Source: an uncultured Acidimicrobiaceae bacterium
GTDB lineage: Bacteria > Actinomycetota > Acidimicrobiia > Acidimicrobiales > RAAP-2
Length of the DNA stretch: 64,000 nt
Direction: 5' to 3'
Assembly: GCA_963721585.1 (NCBI GenBank)
Contig: CAVRJN010000009.1
Coordinates: 47,900-111,899 of the forward strand
Under the pieces are notes generated by a model that saw only the letters and a program-made list of their open reading frames with translations, did not search any database and had not been told where the DNA came from. Numbering within the stretch: position 1 is the first letter of the stretch; the number at the start of each line of letters is the position of its first letter. Below are positions 27,155-35,749 of this stretch, one piece after another. The position numbers and the translations under genes are program-made.

Positions 27155-28660
27155 TCAGGAACTACAGACGCTTCCCGGCGGAGGCGTCTGCCCGCTGACG
27201 AGGTAGGTCTGGACGTCGGCACGGACGCAGGCGCTGTAGAAGTAGGCGACGTGGTCGTCACCGTCGTGGGTGAGCAGGACGCCACTGTCGAGCTCCTTGG
27301 CCACGCTCACCGCCCAGGCATAGGGCGTGGCCGGATCATTCGTCGTCCCGATCACGAGAATGGGCGGCGCGCCGGGTGCCGCCACCGGCCCCACCGTCCG
27401 GGTTGGCGGCACGGGCCAGACGGCACAGCCGGCCTCGCCCCAGGCCAGCAACGGGCCGAAGACCGGTGCGAACACCTTCAGCGAGTCGGAGAGCGCGCCG
27501 TAGGTCGCCAGGTTGCGCGAGACGGGGTGGTCGAGGCAGTCGATGGCCGTGGCGGCGTCGTCGGCGTTGTCCGAGCCGCCCGTGTTGTATCTGTTCGACT
27601 GGGCGGCGGCGGTCGACCCGTTGCCGGCCGCGTCGTCGGCCAGCGCCTCGCCGAGCTGCGGCCAGTCCGTCTGGGAGTACAGGTCCTCAAGCAACGCGTC
27701 GTACAGCTGCCCCGCGCCCACCACGCCACCCCCGCCGGCCGGTGCTGGGGCTGTCGCCGCGGTGTCGAGCAGCGCCAACAGCGCGGAGGTGGGATCGCCG
27801 CCCGGGTGCCACGCACAGTCCGTGCTGTCGGTGCACCAGGCGAAGAACGCGTTGAGGACGCCCTCGAAGCCGTCCGCCTGCCCCGCCGCGATCTGGTCGA
27901 AGGAGAGGGCCGGGTCGATGACGCTGTCGAGCACCATGGCCCTGATGTGGGTGGGGAAGAGCTGAGCGTAGGTGAGCCCGAGCAGGGTGCCGTAGGACTG
28001 CCCCATATAGGTCAGCGCGCTGTCGCCGAGAGCCAGGCGCAGCCGGTCCATGTCACGGGCGACGTCGACTGTCCCCACGTAGGGGAGCACGTCGGCGCTG
28101 TTCTTCTCGCACGCCGCCGCGAACTGCTGGAGCTCTGCGATGGTCGCTGCTTGCTGGCTCGGGGTCACAGGGGTGGGGTCGGAGGGCCCGCTGCCCGTCG
28201 CGCTCCCGCACGTGACGGGGTCGCTGCGCTCGACACCGCGGGGGTCGAAAAGCACGATGTCGAAGTCGTCGAGCAGCTGGGGCGTGAGTGCGCTGAGCTC
28301 GTTCGACATGTCGTTGATACCCGAGACGCCGGGCCCGCCGGGGTCGATGACGAGCGACCCGATGCGGGCAGCAGGCTCCTCCGCCGGGTGGCGCGCCACC
28401 GCAATGGAGATGCTCGGGCCCTCCGGATTTGCGTAGTCCAACGGGACGACAAGGGTGCCGCACTGCAGATCGCCGTTGCACGGGGACCAGGCCATCGGGA
28501 TGACCGGCGGTTCGGTAGTGGATGTCGTGGTCGTGCTGCTCGCGGTCGGCGCCGCCCGGTGGGCCTGGGCCTGAGGCGCCGGCGGCCCGCTCTGCGCGCA
28601 GCCGGCGGTCAACGCGGCAGCGACCAGGACGAGGAGGAGCGGTGTTCGCCTCGTCAGCAC
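27155..28660 (-). CDS. secreted alpha/beta-hydrolase lipoprotein (tripeptidyl aminopeptidase / S33-like)
   Basis: GTG start. Lipobox LTAGC in MLTRRTPLLLVLVAAALTAGCAQ. Nucleophile elbow GQSYGT. C-terminal THDGDDHV carries the catalytic His region. Confidence 0.8.
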   Translation of the reverse strand: MLTRRTPLLLVLVAAALTAGCAQSGPPAPQAQAHRAAPTASSTTTTSTTEPPVIPMAWSPCNGDLQCGTLVVPLDYANPEGPSISIAVARHPAEEPAARIGSLVIDPGGPGVSGINDMSNELSALTPQLLDDFDIVLFDPRGVERSDPVTCGSATGSGPSDPTPVTPSQQAATIAELQQFAAACEKNSADVLPYVGTVDVARDMDRLRLALGDSALTYMGQSYGTLLGLTYAQLFPTHIRAMVLDSVIDPALSFDQIAAGQADGFEGVLNAFFAWCTDSTDCAWHPGGDPTSALLALLDTAATAPAPAGGGGVVGAGQLYDALLEDLYSQTDWPQLGEALADDAAGNGSTAAAQSNRYNTGGSDNADDAATAIDCLDHPVSRNLATYGALSDSLKVFAPVFGPLLAWGEAGCAVWPVPPTRTVGPVAAPGAPPILVIGTTNDPATPYAWAVSVAKELDSGVLLTHDGDDHVAYFYSACVRADVQTYLVSGQTPPPGSVCSS

Positions 28661-28700
28661 CGGGCAAGCGTTGCACGTGCCTTTCCCGCCATGTCGTCAC

Positions 28701-28784
28701 CGTTCTCCGTGCACCGTTCTCCGTTCTCCGTGCTCCGGGCTCCGGGCTCCGGGCTCCGGGCTCCGGGCTCCGGGCTCCGGGCTC
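28701..28784. repeat. phase-coherent heptanucleotide array, 12 units (7 perfect cgggctc)
   Basis: Read directly: cgttctc cgtgcac cgttctc cgttctc cgtgctc then cgggctc x7. Lies 41-125 nt upstream of the lipoprotein peptidase start codon. Confidence 0.95.
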
Positions 28785-29090
28785 CGAGGAGCGTGGCGAT
28801 GGCACGAGCAGAGGAAGAGGCGGGCGAGCGGGGACGGCCCGGCGCCTCAGAGCGGGCCGAGTACGAGCTTCACCGGCGCGCAGGTCGGCCTCTTCGCCCG
28901 GCCCTTCACCCTCGAGGGGTCCTCGTCACCTGGCCCCGAGTGTTCGCCAGCGCACTCGCGAAGCCGGGGCCCGTCGGACCGGCCGAGCGTCGCACAGTGG
29001 CCGCTCGCCTCGCTCGCACCTTCCCTCCCCACTCGGCGTAGGGCTCGTGCGGCATAGGGCTTCTGCAGCGCCGGGCTCGGGGCCTCTGCC

Positions 29091-29148
29091 CGATGTGTAT
29101 ATACCCACTAGGTCCACGTGTTGCCACCTAGTGGGTATATACACATCG
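29091..29148. repeat. perfect 23-bp inverted repeat with 12-nt spacer (AT-rich arms)
   Basis: cgatgtgtatatacccactaggt (29091-29113) and its exact reverse complement acctagtgggtatatacacatcg (29126-29148). Spacer is ccacgtgttgcc. Confidence 0.95.
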
Positions 29149-29192
29149 AAGACCCGCCGGCGGACCGGGTAGCGCCGCCGAATCCCCCGTCT

Positions 29193-29762
29193 TTACGCGC
29201 CCTCCGGCACCTCCCAGAGGCCGACCGGTGCCTCACCCAGGCGGTAGTGCCCAGGCAGTCGCTCGCCCGACATGGCGCGCTCTATGCGCTGCTGCATGCC
29301 GGGCAGGAGGGTGCCGTCGCCGATCATCGCCATGAAGACGGCGCCGGCGTTGCCGACGTCGAAGAAGTCCCGCTGCCATGACCACTGGAAGTTCCCGCCG
29401 TAGCGGAACCAGCTGCCGCCGAGGCCGGCGATCTCGTAGTTGGTCCCGTCCGCCTTCGTGGCGTCGGCGACCTGCTTCCACAGGCCGAGGATCTCCCCCT
29501 GCGCCTCGTCAATCAGCACCTTCTGGTACGGGTAGGTCCAGCCTTCGAGCCCGGCCATCTCGAGACCCAGCGCGATCTCCCGGATCTCCTCGCGCCCGAC
29601 CGCCATGAATTCATCCGAAGGCCCGACATTCCAGCCGTAGGTGGCGTCCTCGGTGTAGAGGTCGGCCATGTGGTGCCAGTCCTTCTTCGCCTCCCCCGCT
29701 CGGTTGGCTTCGAGCCAGCGCTCGACCATCTCCTCCAGCTCGGCACGCGGGTAGGCGGGCAT
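29193..29762 (-). CDS. NTF2/SnoaL-like fold protein (last gene of the cyp51 operon)
   Basis: 189-aa ORF. ELEEMVERWLEANRAGEAKKDWHHMADLYTEDATY is typical of NTF2-like proteins. Occupies the position of Rv0762c in M. tuberculosis (from memory). Confidence 0.5.
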   Translation of the reverse strand: MPAYPRAELEEMVERWLEANRAGEAKKDWHHMADLYTEDATYGWNVGPSDEFMAVGREEIREIALGLEMAGLEGWTYPYQKVLIDEAQGEILGLWKQVADATKADGTNYEIAGLGGSWFRYGGNFQWSWQRDFFDVGNAGAVFMAMIGDGTLLPGMQQRIERAMSGERLPGHYRLGEAPVGLWEVPEGA

Positions 29763-29768
29763 GGGCAG

Positions 29769-29963
29769 TCAGTCCTCCTCTATGGACAGGGCATGGGTGG
29801 GGCAGTACTTCACGGCCAGTTCGACGGCGGAACGCTCGCTCTCGGGCGGCTCGGGCTGGAGGACGGTGAGCTCCCCCTTCTTGGAGACCGAGAAGACCTC
29901 GGGCGCCTCACCCTCACAGGCGGCGTGGCCCTGGCACAGGTCGCGGTCGACCACGATCCTCAT
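29769..29963 (-). CDS. ferredoxin (3Fe-4S type, P450 redox partner)
   Basis: 64 aa: MRIVVDRDLCQGHAACEGEAPEVF...YCPTHALSIEED, giving the CxxHxxC...CP cluster motif. Its ATG overlaps the cyp51 stop (ATGA). Confidence 0.85.
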   Translation of the reverse strand: MRIVVDRDLCQGHAACEGEAPEVFSVSKKGELTVLQPEPPESERSAVELAVKYCPTHALSIEED

Positions 29964-31345
29964 TGCACCGGCTCCGACGCCGATCCGGCGCGCCGCCGGT
30001 AACGCACCCGGCAGGGCTGCTGCAGCTGCACGACCATTTTGGAGTGGTCGTTGCGGTAGGAGTCGAGCGGCTGTGCCGCCTCGAACTCCCAGCCCTGGAG
30101 AAGAACCGAGAAGATGGCCTTCAGCTGCATCATGGCGAAGTTGGCGCCGACGCAGCGGTGCCGTCCGGCCCCGAAGGGGATCCAGGTCCACGGGTTGGCC
30201 CGGTCCTCCTCCCGCGGCTCGAGGTAGCGGGCCGGGACGAAGGCGTCGGGGTCCGGAAAGTCCTCGGGGATCCGGTTGCAGATGGCTGGGCTGGCCCCCA
30301 CGAACTTGCCGGCGGCGATCCGGTAGTCGCCGTAGGTGAGCTCTTCCATGGCGACGCGCAGCAGCAGAATCAGAGGCGGGTGCAGGCGCAGTGCCTCCTT
30401 GAGCGCCGACTCCAGGTGCGGGATCTCGCGCAGCGCCTGGAAGCTGACCTCCGAGCCGTCGGCGTACAGCTGGTCCAGCTCGTTGTTCACCGCCTGGAGC
30501 TCCGCCGGATGCCGCAGCAGCTCAATCAGCGTCCAGGCCGCCGTCCCTGAGGTCGTGTGATGGCCAGCGAACATCATGGAGATGAACATCCCCGTCACGG
30601 TGTCGGCGGTGAAACGCGACGAACCGTCCGCCTCCTTGATCGACATAAGGATGTCGAGCAGGTCGGCCTCGCCGTCGGGCGCCGGCGGATCTGCCGCCCG
30701 GCGCTCCATGATGCCGCCGACCAGCTCGACGAGCGCAACCCGGGCCGCGTCGCGACGGCGGAAGCTCTCGATGTCCGCGTAGGGGTCGACGTAGGCGATC
30801 GGGTCCGTTCCCTGTTCGAGGTCGTGGTAGAGCCGGGCGAAGCGACCATCGAGTTCGCTGCGAAAGCGCGGGCCGATGAGGCAGGCCGAAGACGTGTAGA
30901 TCGTCAGTTCGGCGAACCACTCCAGCAGGTCGATCTCGCCCTCGTCGTCCCAGCCGGCGACCATCTGCTCCACCTCGCGCGAGATGGTGGCGGCGTGCCC
31001 GCGCATGAACTTGTCGCGCAGGGCCTGGTTGTGCAGCATCTCGCGGCGTCGCTCGGGCGGCGCGTCGAACACGACTCCCTCGCCGAAGATCGGCGTCATG
31101 AACGGGTAAGCCTCGGCCTGGTCCAGCAGCTCCTCGGGCGCCCGGAAGTAGAACTCATTGGCGTCCGCACCCGTCAGCAGCACGACGTCACGTTCGGCCA
31201 GCGTGAACTCCCCTACGTCGCCGCATTCGGCCCGCACGCGTGCCATGAGGCCGATGGGGTCGCGGCTGAGCTCGTCCAGGTGCCCGTTCTCACCCTCTCC
31301 GCCCGAGACGCGTGGCGGTTCCCTCAAGGTCGTCTCCGTGGTCAC
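29960..31345 (-). CDS. cyp51: cytochrome P450 sterol 14-alpha-demethylase (CYP51)
   Basis: 461 aa from a GTG overlapping the SDR stop. Near-collinear with M. tuberculosis CYP51 as I recall it: PRVSGG..HGHL, YPFMTPIFGEGVVFDA, I-helix MFISMMFAGHHTTSGTAAWTLIEL, LRLHPPLI, heme loop FGAGRHRCVGANFAMMQLKAIFSVLL, and YRNDHSKMVVQL...VRYRRR. Confidence 0.9.
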   Translation of the reverse strand: MTTETTLREPPRVSGGEGENGHLDELSRDPIGLMARVRAECGDVGEFTLAERDVVLLTGADANEFYFRAPEELLDQAEAYPFMTPIFGEGVVFDAPPERRREMLHNQALRDKFMRGHAATISREVEQMVAGWDDEGEIDLLEWFAELTIYTSSACLIGPRFRSELDGRFARLYHDLEQGTDPIAYVDPYADIESFRRRDAARVALVELVGGIMERRAADPPAPDGEADLLDILMSIKEADGSSRFTADTVTGMFISMMFAGHHTTSGTAAWTLIELLRHPAELQAVNNELDQLYADGSEVSFQALREIPHLESALKEALRLHPPLILLLRVAMEELTYGDYRIAAGKFVGASPAICNRIPEDFPDPDAFVPARYLEPREEDRANPWTWIPFGAGRHRCVGANFAMMQLKAIFSVLLQGWEFEAAQPLDSYRNDHSKMVVQLQQPCRVRYRRRAGSASEPVQ

Positions 31346-32139
31346 GGTGCTCCTTCCATACCGAGTGGGCTCAGTGGTGCCTCCGGCTGGACCTCCACCA
31401 CGCTGAGGTGCGTCCCCCGCGGGGCGGCCACCGCGTGGGCGATGGCCGACGCCACGCCCTCGGGACGCAGGAACGCCGAGTGCCGGGCCAGGCCCCAGCG
31501 CGTCCACTCGGCCAACACCTCGCCGGTGACGTCGGGGTCCCAGTCCATGCCCATGCCCGTGAGGGTCGGACCGGGCCGCACGATCACGGCGCGCACCCCC
31601 GTGCCTTCCAGCTCCATCTGCAGCGCGGTGACGAAACCCTCGAGGCCCCACTTGGAGGCCACGTAGGCCGCCATGCGCGGACGGGGGTGGGCCACGACGT
31701 CGGACGTCACGAAGATCAGGTCGCCCCGGCGGCGTTCCACCATGCCGGCGCCGAAGGCGCGCACCAGCCGCTGGGCCCCGCCGATGTTGACGCGCAGGAC
31801 CTCCTCGAAGTCCTCCGGGCTCGTCTCGAGGGCCGTGCCGGGCTGAATCTTGGCCGCGTTGGACACGAGGATCTCCACCGGCCCGAAGGCAGCGTCGGCC
31901 TCCTTGGCGAACCGGGTCACCGACCCCGGGTCGGCCAGGTCGAGGGAGCAGGCGACGGCCTCTCCCCCCTCGGCGCGGATGGATGCGGCCACCTCGTCGC
32001 ACACCTCGACACGGCGCGCCCCGAGCACCACGGGATGGCCCGCCCGGGCCAGCGCGCGCGCCGCCTCGGCACCGATGCCAGAGGAGGCGCCGGTCACCGC
32101 CGTCGGGCGGCGTTCGGGGTGGGGCTCGAAGCGCGGCAT
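31342..32139 (-). CDS. SDR family oxidoreductase
   Basis: TAVTGASSGIGAEAARALARAG (TGxxxGIG), NAA, and YVASKWG (YxxxK). Confidence 0.85.
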   Translation of the reverse strand: MPRFEPHPERRPTAVTGASSGIGAEAARALARAGHPVVLGARRVEVCDEVAASIRAEGGEAVACSLDLADPGSVTRFAKEADAAFGPVEILVSNAAKIQPGTALETSPEDFEEVLRVNIGGAQRLVRAFGAGMVERRRGDLIFVTSDVVAHPRPRMAAYVASKWGLEGFVTALQMELEGTGVRAVIVRPGPTLTGMGMDWDPDVTGEVLAEWTRWGLARHSAFLRPEGVASAIAHAVAAPRGTHLSVVEVQPEAPLSPLGMEGAP

Positions 32140-33335
32140 CAGCGCGGCGTCACCGTCGTCGGCAACGCGGCGAATCCCCGCACGTTGATGGAGTGCACGC
32201 GTGCGATCCCCGACGGGTCGACCTCATAGTCCTTGACTCGCGCCCGCACCTCGGTCAGCGCGACCCGCGCCTCCATGCGGGCCAGTGCGGCGCCCATGCA
32301 GAAGTGACGGCCGCTGCCGAAGCTGACTAGGTCCTGGGTACGGCGCTCGAGGTCGTAGCGCTCGGGGTCCGGAAAGACGTCTTCGTCGCGGTTGGCCGAT
32401 CCGAGCAGGAGCAGGATGCGCCGGCCCGCCTCGATGTCGACGTCCCGCACGCGCACCGGCTGGCTCGTCACACGGACCAGCATCTGCGTCGAGGTGTCGT
32501 AGCGCAGCGTCTCTTCCACCCAGTCCGGCACGCGGGCCGGGTCGGCGAAGGGCTTGGCCAGCTGGTCCGGGTTACGCCAGCCCCAGTACCAGGCGTTGCC
32601 GAGCAGCTTGGTCGTCGTCTCGTTCCCGGCCACCACCAACAGGAAGAGGAACCCGATCACCTCGTCGTCGGTCAGGCGGTCGCCCTCGATCTCGGCCTGC
32701 AACAGCGACCAGGTCAGGTCGTCGCGTTCATGTCGCCGGCGGTCGGCCACCATCTCGCTGTAGTAGCCGGCGAGGGTCAGCGCCGCTTCCAGCCCCTCTG
32801 CCGGTATGTCGGTCATCCCGTCCTCGCGGTGCATCAAGAGGTCGGCCAGGCGCCTGATCTCGGCCCGGTCCGAGGCCGGCACGCCAACCAGTTCGGAGAT
32901 CACGTCCATCGGCAACAGCCCGGCGAAGTCGGCGATGAAGTCGAACGAGCCTGCCTCGAGCGCCGGCGCCAAATGGGCCTCGGCCAGCGCGCGGATGTTG
33001 TCCTCCATGGCCGCCACCCGGCGCGGCGTGAAGCTCTTGCCGACGATGGAGCGCATGCGGGTGTGGCGGGGCGGATCCATGGCGAGGAACGACATGGCGC
33101 GGTGCGCATCGGGCCCGAAGGCGGCTGGGTCGAGGCTGACGCCGTAGGCGTTCGAGTAGTGGTCGACATCGCGAAACGCCGCCAGCACATCGGCGTGGCG
33201 CGCGTAGGCGAAGAAGTCGAGCTCCTCGTTGTAGAAGACGGGTGCCTCGGCGCGCAACCGGGCGTAGGTCGGATAGGGATCCTCGTGGATGCCGTAGTCG
33301 TAGGGGCTGTAGGCCAGCGGGGCCACCGTGGTCAC
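32139..33335 (-). CDS. cytochrome P450 (CYP123-like position)
   Basis: 398 aa. I-helix LLVVAGNETTT, ETLRY (ExxR), heme loop FGSGRHFCMGAALAR. Confidence 0.9.
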   Translation of the reverse strand: MTTVAPLAYSPYDYGIHEDPYPTYARLRAEAPVFYNEELDFFAYARHADVLAAFRDVDHYSNAYGVSLDPAAFGPDAHRAMSFLAMDPPRHTRMRSIVGKSFTPRRVAAMEDNIRALAEAHLAPALEAGSFDFIADFAGLLPMDVISELVGVPASDRAEIRRLADLLMHREDGMTDIPAEGLEAALTLAGYYSEMVADRRRHERDDLTWSLLQAEIEGDRLTDDEVIGFLFLLVVAGNETTTKLLGNAWYWGWRNPDQLAKPFADPARVPDWVEETLRYDTSTQMLVRVTSQPVRVRDVDIEAGRRILLLLGSANRDEDVFPDPERYDLERRTQDLVSFGSGRHFCMGAALARMEARVALTEVRARVKDYEVDPSGIARVHSINVRGFAALPTTVTPR

Positions 33336-33949
33336 GACGCCGACACCCCCGTGCCTGTCATGAGTGCAGTCGCTTCGGCCATCAACGGCGGCACGGCGTC
33401 GAAGGCGAGGTGGCCCATGCCGGCGCTGAGCAGCGCCCCCGTGTAGGTCACCTGCAACACGTTGAGCACGGCCACATCGACCCCGGCTCCGAGCGCGGCC
33501 GCCAGCCGGCGCGTGATCTCGGCGCCCAGTCGCGACCGCACGCGCTTCACGTCGGGACCGTCCCCCAGCAGGGCCGTCGTGCAGACGGCGACGGCCGCCG
33601 AACCCATGGCGGCGAAGCCCATGGTGCGGGCGGTGTCGGCCACCCGCTCGGGCAGCGACAGCGTGAGGTCGACCAGGCCCGGCGAGGCCTGCGCGCGCCG
33701 CAGCAGCACTTCGGCCAGCAGATGGTCCTTCCCCGAGAAATACGTGTACGCCGTCGCCGGCGCCACACCCGCCCGCTTGGCGATCGTCCGCACCGAGATC
33801 TCGGCGTAGGGGCGCTCCTCGGCCTCCTCGGCCGCGGCGGCGATCAGCCGCTCCATGACCCCGGCCTGGCGCTCGGAGAGATGGCGGCGGCCGGCGTGCG
33901 CCGCCGGCGCGTCACCCCGATCCGCCTCGACGGCGTCGAACATGCTCAT
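33332..33949 (-). CDS. TetR/AcrR family transcriptional regulator
   Basis: HTH EISVRTIAKRAGVAPATAYTYFSGKDHLLAEV. GTGA overlap with the downstream P450 gene. Confidence 0.85.
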   Translation of the reverse strand: MSMFDAVEADRGDAPAAHAGRRHLSERQAGVMERLIAAAAEEAEERPYAEISVRTIAKRAGVAPATAYTYFSGKDHLLAEVLLRRAQASPGLVDLTLSLPERVADTARTMGFAAMGSAAVAVCTTALLGDGPDVKRVRSRLGAEITRRLAAALGAGVDVAVLNVLQVTYTGALLSAGMGHLAFDAVPPLMAEATALMTGTGVSAS

Positions 33950-34653
33950 GCGCCAGAGCGAGCGGGAATGTGCGGCGTCCCGTCCTTCATGTCAGGAAAT
34001 GTGAACGTCGCGGCCGTCGTCATGCGCGTGATCTTCGTGATGTCCTTCTCCGGAAGGGTCTCGGTGTCGTCCTCGATGACGATCTCCCACCGGCAGTGCG
34101 GCACGCGGTCGCCGGGAACACGGGGGGGCCGGTGCACGTGGCGGATATGCGCCTTGGGGTTGACGGCCTGCGCCGTCACGTCGAAGGTCCCGTCCTCAAT
34201 GTGGTGGCACATGTTGGTGACCATGGCGTCGCCGAAGGGCTCGGCGTCCATCAGCGCGCCGCAGTAGGCGAGCTCGAAGTAGCCGTGCGTCTCGTCGACG
34301 AGCTCGTAGTGCACATCCATGTAGTGGTGGGGGAAGCCGGGGTCGAGCTGTAACACCTTGAAGATGGCCGAGACGCCGTCGCCCTCGACGTTCATGATCT
34401 GACGCAGACGATCGCCGTAGACCGGGCTGGCACCGGCCCATTCCTCGATGGCCAGCTCCTTGACGGCCTCGGCGCCGTACCTGAGGCCGATGGCGGCGCA
34501 CATGGACCGATCGAGCAGGTGCACGATGAGCCCGTACTCCCGGACCAGCCTGACCAGGGCCTCCTTCGAAAGGTCCTCGTAATCGAAGCCGGGGTCGAAG
34601 GCGCCCGAGTAGTCGTTGCGTTCGGGTTTCCCCGTGTCGCTTTGCGTGGTCAT
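33946..34653 (-). CDS. conserved hypothetical protein (first gene of the cyp51 operon)
   Basis: 235-aa ORF with protein-like composition and an ATGA overlap with the TetR gene. No motif recognised. Confidence 0.6.
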   Translation of the reverse strand: MTTQSDTGKPERNDYSGAFDPGFDYEDLSKEALVRLVREYGLIVHLLDRSMCAAIGLRYGAEAVKELAIEEWAGASPVYGDRLRQIMNVEGDGVSAIFKVLQLDPGFPHHYMDVHYELVDETHGYFELAYCGALMDAEPFGDAMVTNMCHHIEDGTFDVTAQAVNPKAHIRHVHRPPRVPGDRVPHCRWEIVIEDDTETLPEKDITKITRMTTAATFTFPDMKDGTPHIPARSGA

Positions 34654-34767
34654 CAGTTCAAACTATAGTCCAGACACGTGTCCAGATCCAGATGTCCATT
34701 GTCAGGGGCGCGGATGCTGGACGCGTCGATCGGGAGGTTGGGCCAAGTGCCGGAGAGCGAGAACAAC

Positions 34768-35634
34768 GTGGCGCAGACCGCGTTGCGAGTCGGGGTCATC
34801 GGGCTCGGGGACATGGGCGGAGGCATGGCCACCGCCCTCATGCGGGCCGGCATCGCGCTGTCGGTGTGCGACGTCCGCGAGGAGGCCACCTCGCCGTACC
34901 GGGAGGGGGCCCACGTGGCGGCGACACCCGCCGAGCTCGCCGCGCGCAGCGACGTGATCCTCGTCGTCGTCTTCAACGACGCCCAGGTTCGCGCCGTCTT
35001 ACAGGGGCCCGATGGCGTCTTGGCCGGGGCGGCACCCGGCAGCACAGCCGTCATCGTGAGCACCATCCCCACCGAGACGGTGCTCGAAATGCGGGCCGAA
35101 GGATCCGCCAGGGGCGTCGCCGTGGTCGACTGCGGCGTGAGCGGGGGCCCGGACGCCTCCGCCGCCGGTGATCTCGTGTGCATGATCGGTGGCTCCGAGG
35201 ACGAGGTCGACCGGCTGCGTCCCGTCCTCGACGCCGTGAGCAGCCTGGTGCTGCACATGGGCCCGCCCGGCGCTGGTCTCGCTGCCAAGCTGGCCCGCAA
35301 TCTGATCACTTACGGTTCGTGGCTCGCGGCGTTCGAGGCACAGGAGCTGGCCGAAGCCGCGGGCATCGACCTGCTCAAGCTCGGAGAGGCGGCACGCGAG
35401 AGCGACAAGCGCATCGGCGGCGCCACCCGGCTGATGTTCCGCACGACCGCCGCACCCTGGCCCGCCGGCAGCGACGAGGGGTTGCTCAAGCTCATGCGGT
35501 CCGGGGCGGAGGTCACCCACAAGGACCTGACCACCATTCTGGAGCTGGGGGCCACCCTCGGCGTCGACCTGCCGCTGGCCACGTTGGCCGAGCGGCGTTG
35601 CGGACGCATTTACGGCTTCGAGGGCGACATCTGA
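34768..35634 (+). CDS. NAD(P)-dependent oxidoreductase, 3-hydroxyisobutyrate/6-phosphogluconate dehydrogenase family
   Basis: LRVGVIGLGDMGGGMATALMRAG dinucleotide fold near the N-terminus. GTG 34768 preferred over ORF start 34678, which would leave only 25 bp to the divergent gene. Confidence 0.8.
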   Translation: MAQTALRVGVIGLGDMGGGMATALMRAGIALSVCDVREEATSPYREGAHVAATPAELAARSDVILVVVFNDAQVRAVLQGPDGVLAGAAPGSTAVIVSTIPTETVLEMRAEGSARGVAVVDCGVSGGPDASAAGDLVCMIGGSEDEVDRLRPVLDAVSSLVLHMGPPGAGLAAKLARNLITYGSWLAAFEAQELAEAAGIDLLKLGEAARESDKRIGGATRLMFRTTAAPWPAGSDEGLLKLMRSGAEVTHKDLTTILELGATLGVDLPLATLAERRCGRIYGFEGDI

Positions 35635-35637
35635 ACA

Positions 35638-35675
35638 CCGCAGCCGCAGCCGCAGCCGCAGCCGCAGCCGCAGCC
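35638..35675. repeat. hexanucleotide repeat (ccgcag x6)
   Basis: Read directly. Intergenic, 4 nt after the dehydrogenase stop and 75 nt before the next start. Confidence 0.95.
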
Positions 35676-35749
35676 ATCCATGATCTGACCTGGGTAGGGT
35701 CGGGCCCGCCGGGCGCGACCCGACCACCTCTACTGAAACAGGAGCGCCA

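Noticed and set aside
26953-27285. N-terminal extension of the large ORF (24181..27285, 1034 aa)
   Set aside because: The extra 111 codons are Pro/Ser/Thr/Arg-rich and GC-rich like the neighbouring DNA. They also overlap the 3' end of the same-strand peptidase gene. The ATG at 26952 marks the composition change.
28701-28784. Possible CRISPR array (also considered for 35638 and 40311)
   Set aside because: The units are 6-7 nt with no spacers and no cas genes anywhere in the window. These are microsatellites, not CRISPR.
27251-29041. 596-aa plus-strand ORF
   Set aside because: It is antisense to the peptidase lipoprotein gene and then reads through the heptamer array (the APGSGLR repeats are just translated microsatellite). 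No coding signal.
29091-29148. Classical Rho-independent terminator call
   Set aside because: The hairpin is very strong, but no T/U tract follows on either strand and the arms are AT-rich and protein-site-like. It is kept as an inverted repeat of unknown role rather than annotated as a terminator.
31346-32002. 680-aa version of the CYP51 ORF
   Set aside because: The upstream 219 codons overlap the SDR gene in another frame and are Arg/Gly/Pro junk. Homology to CYP51 begins right after the GTG at 31345.
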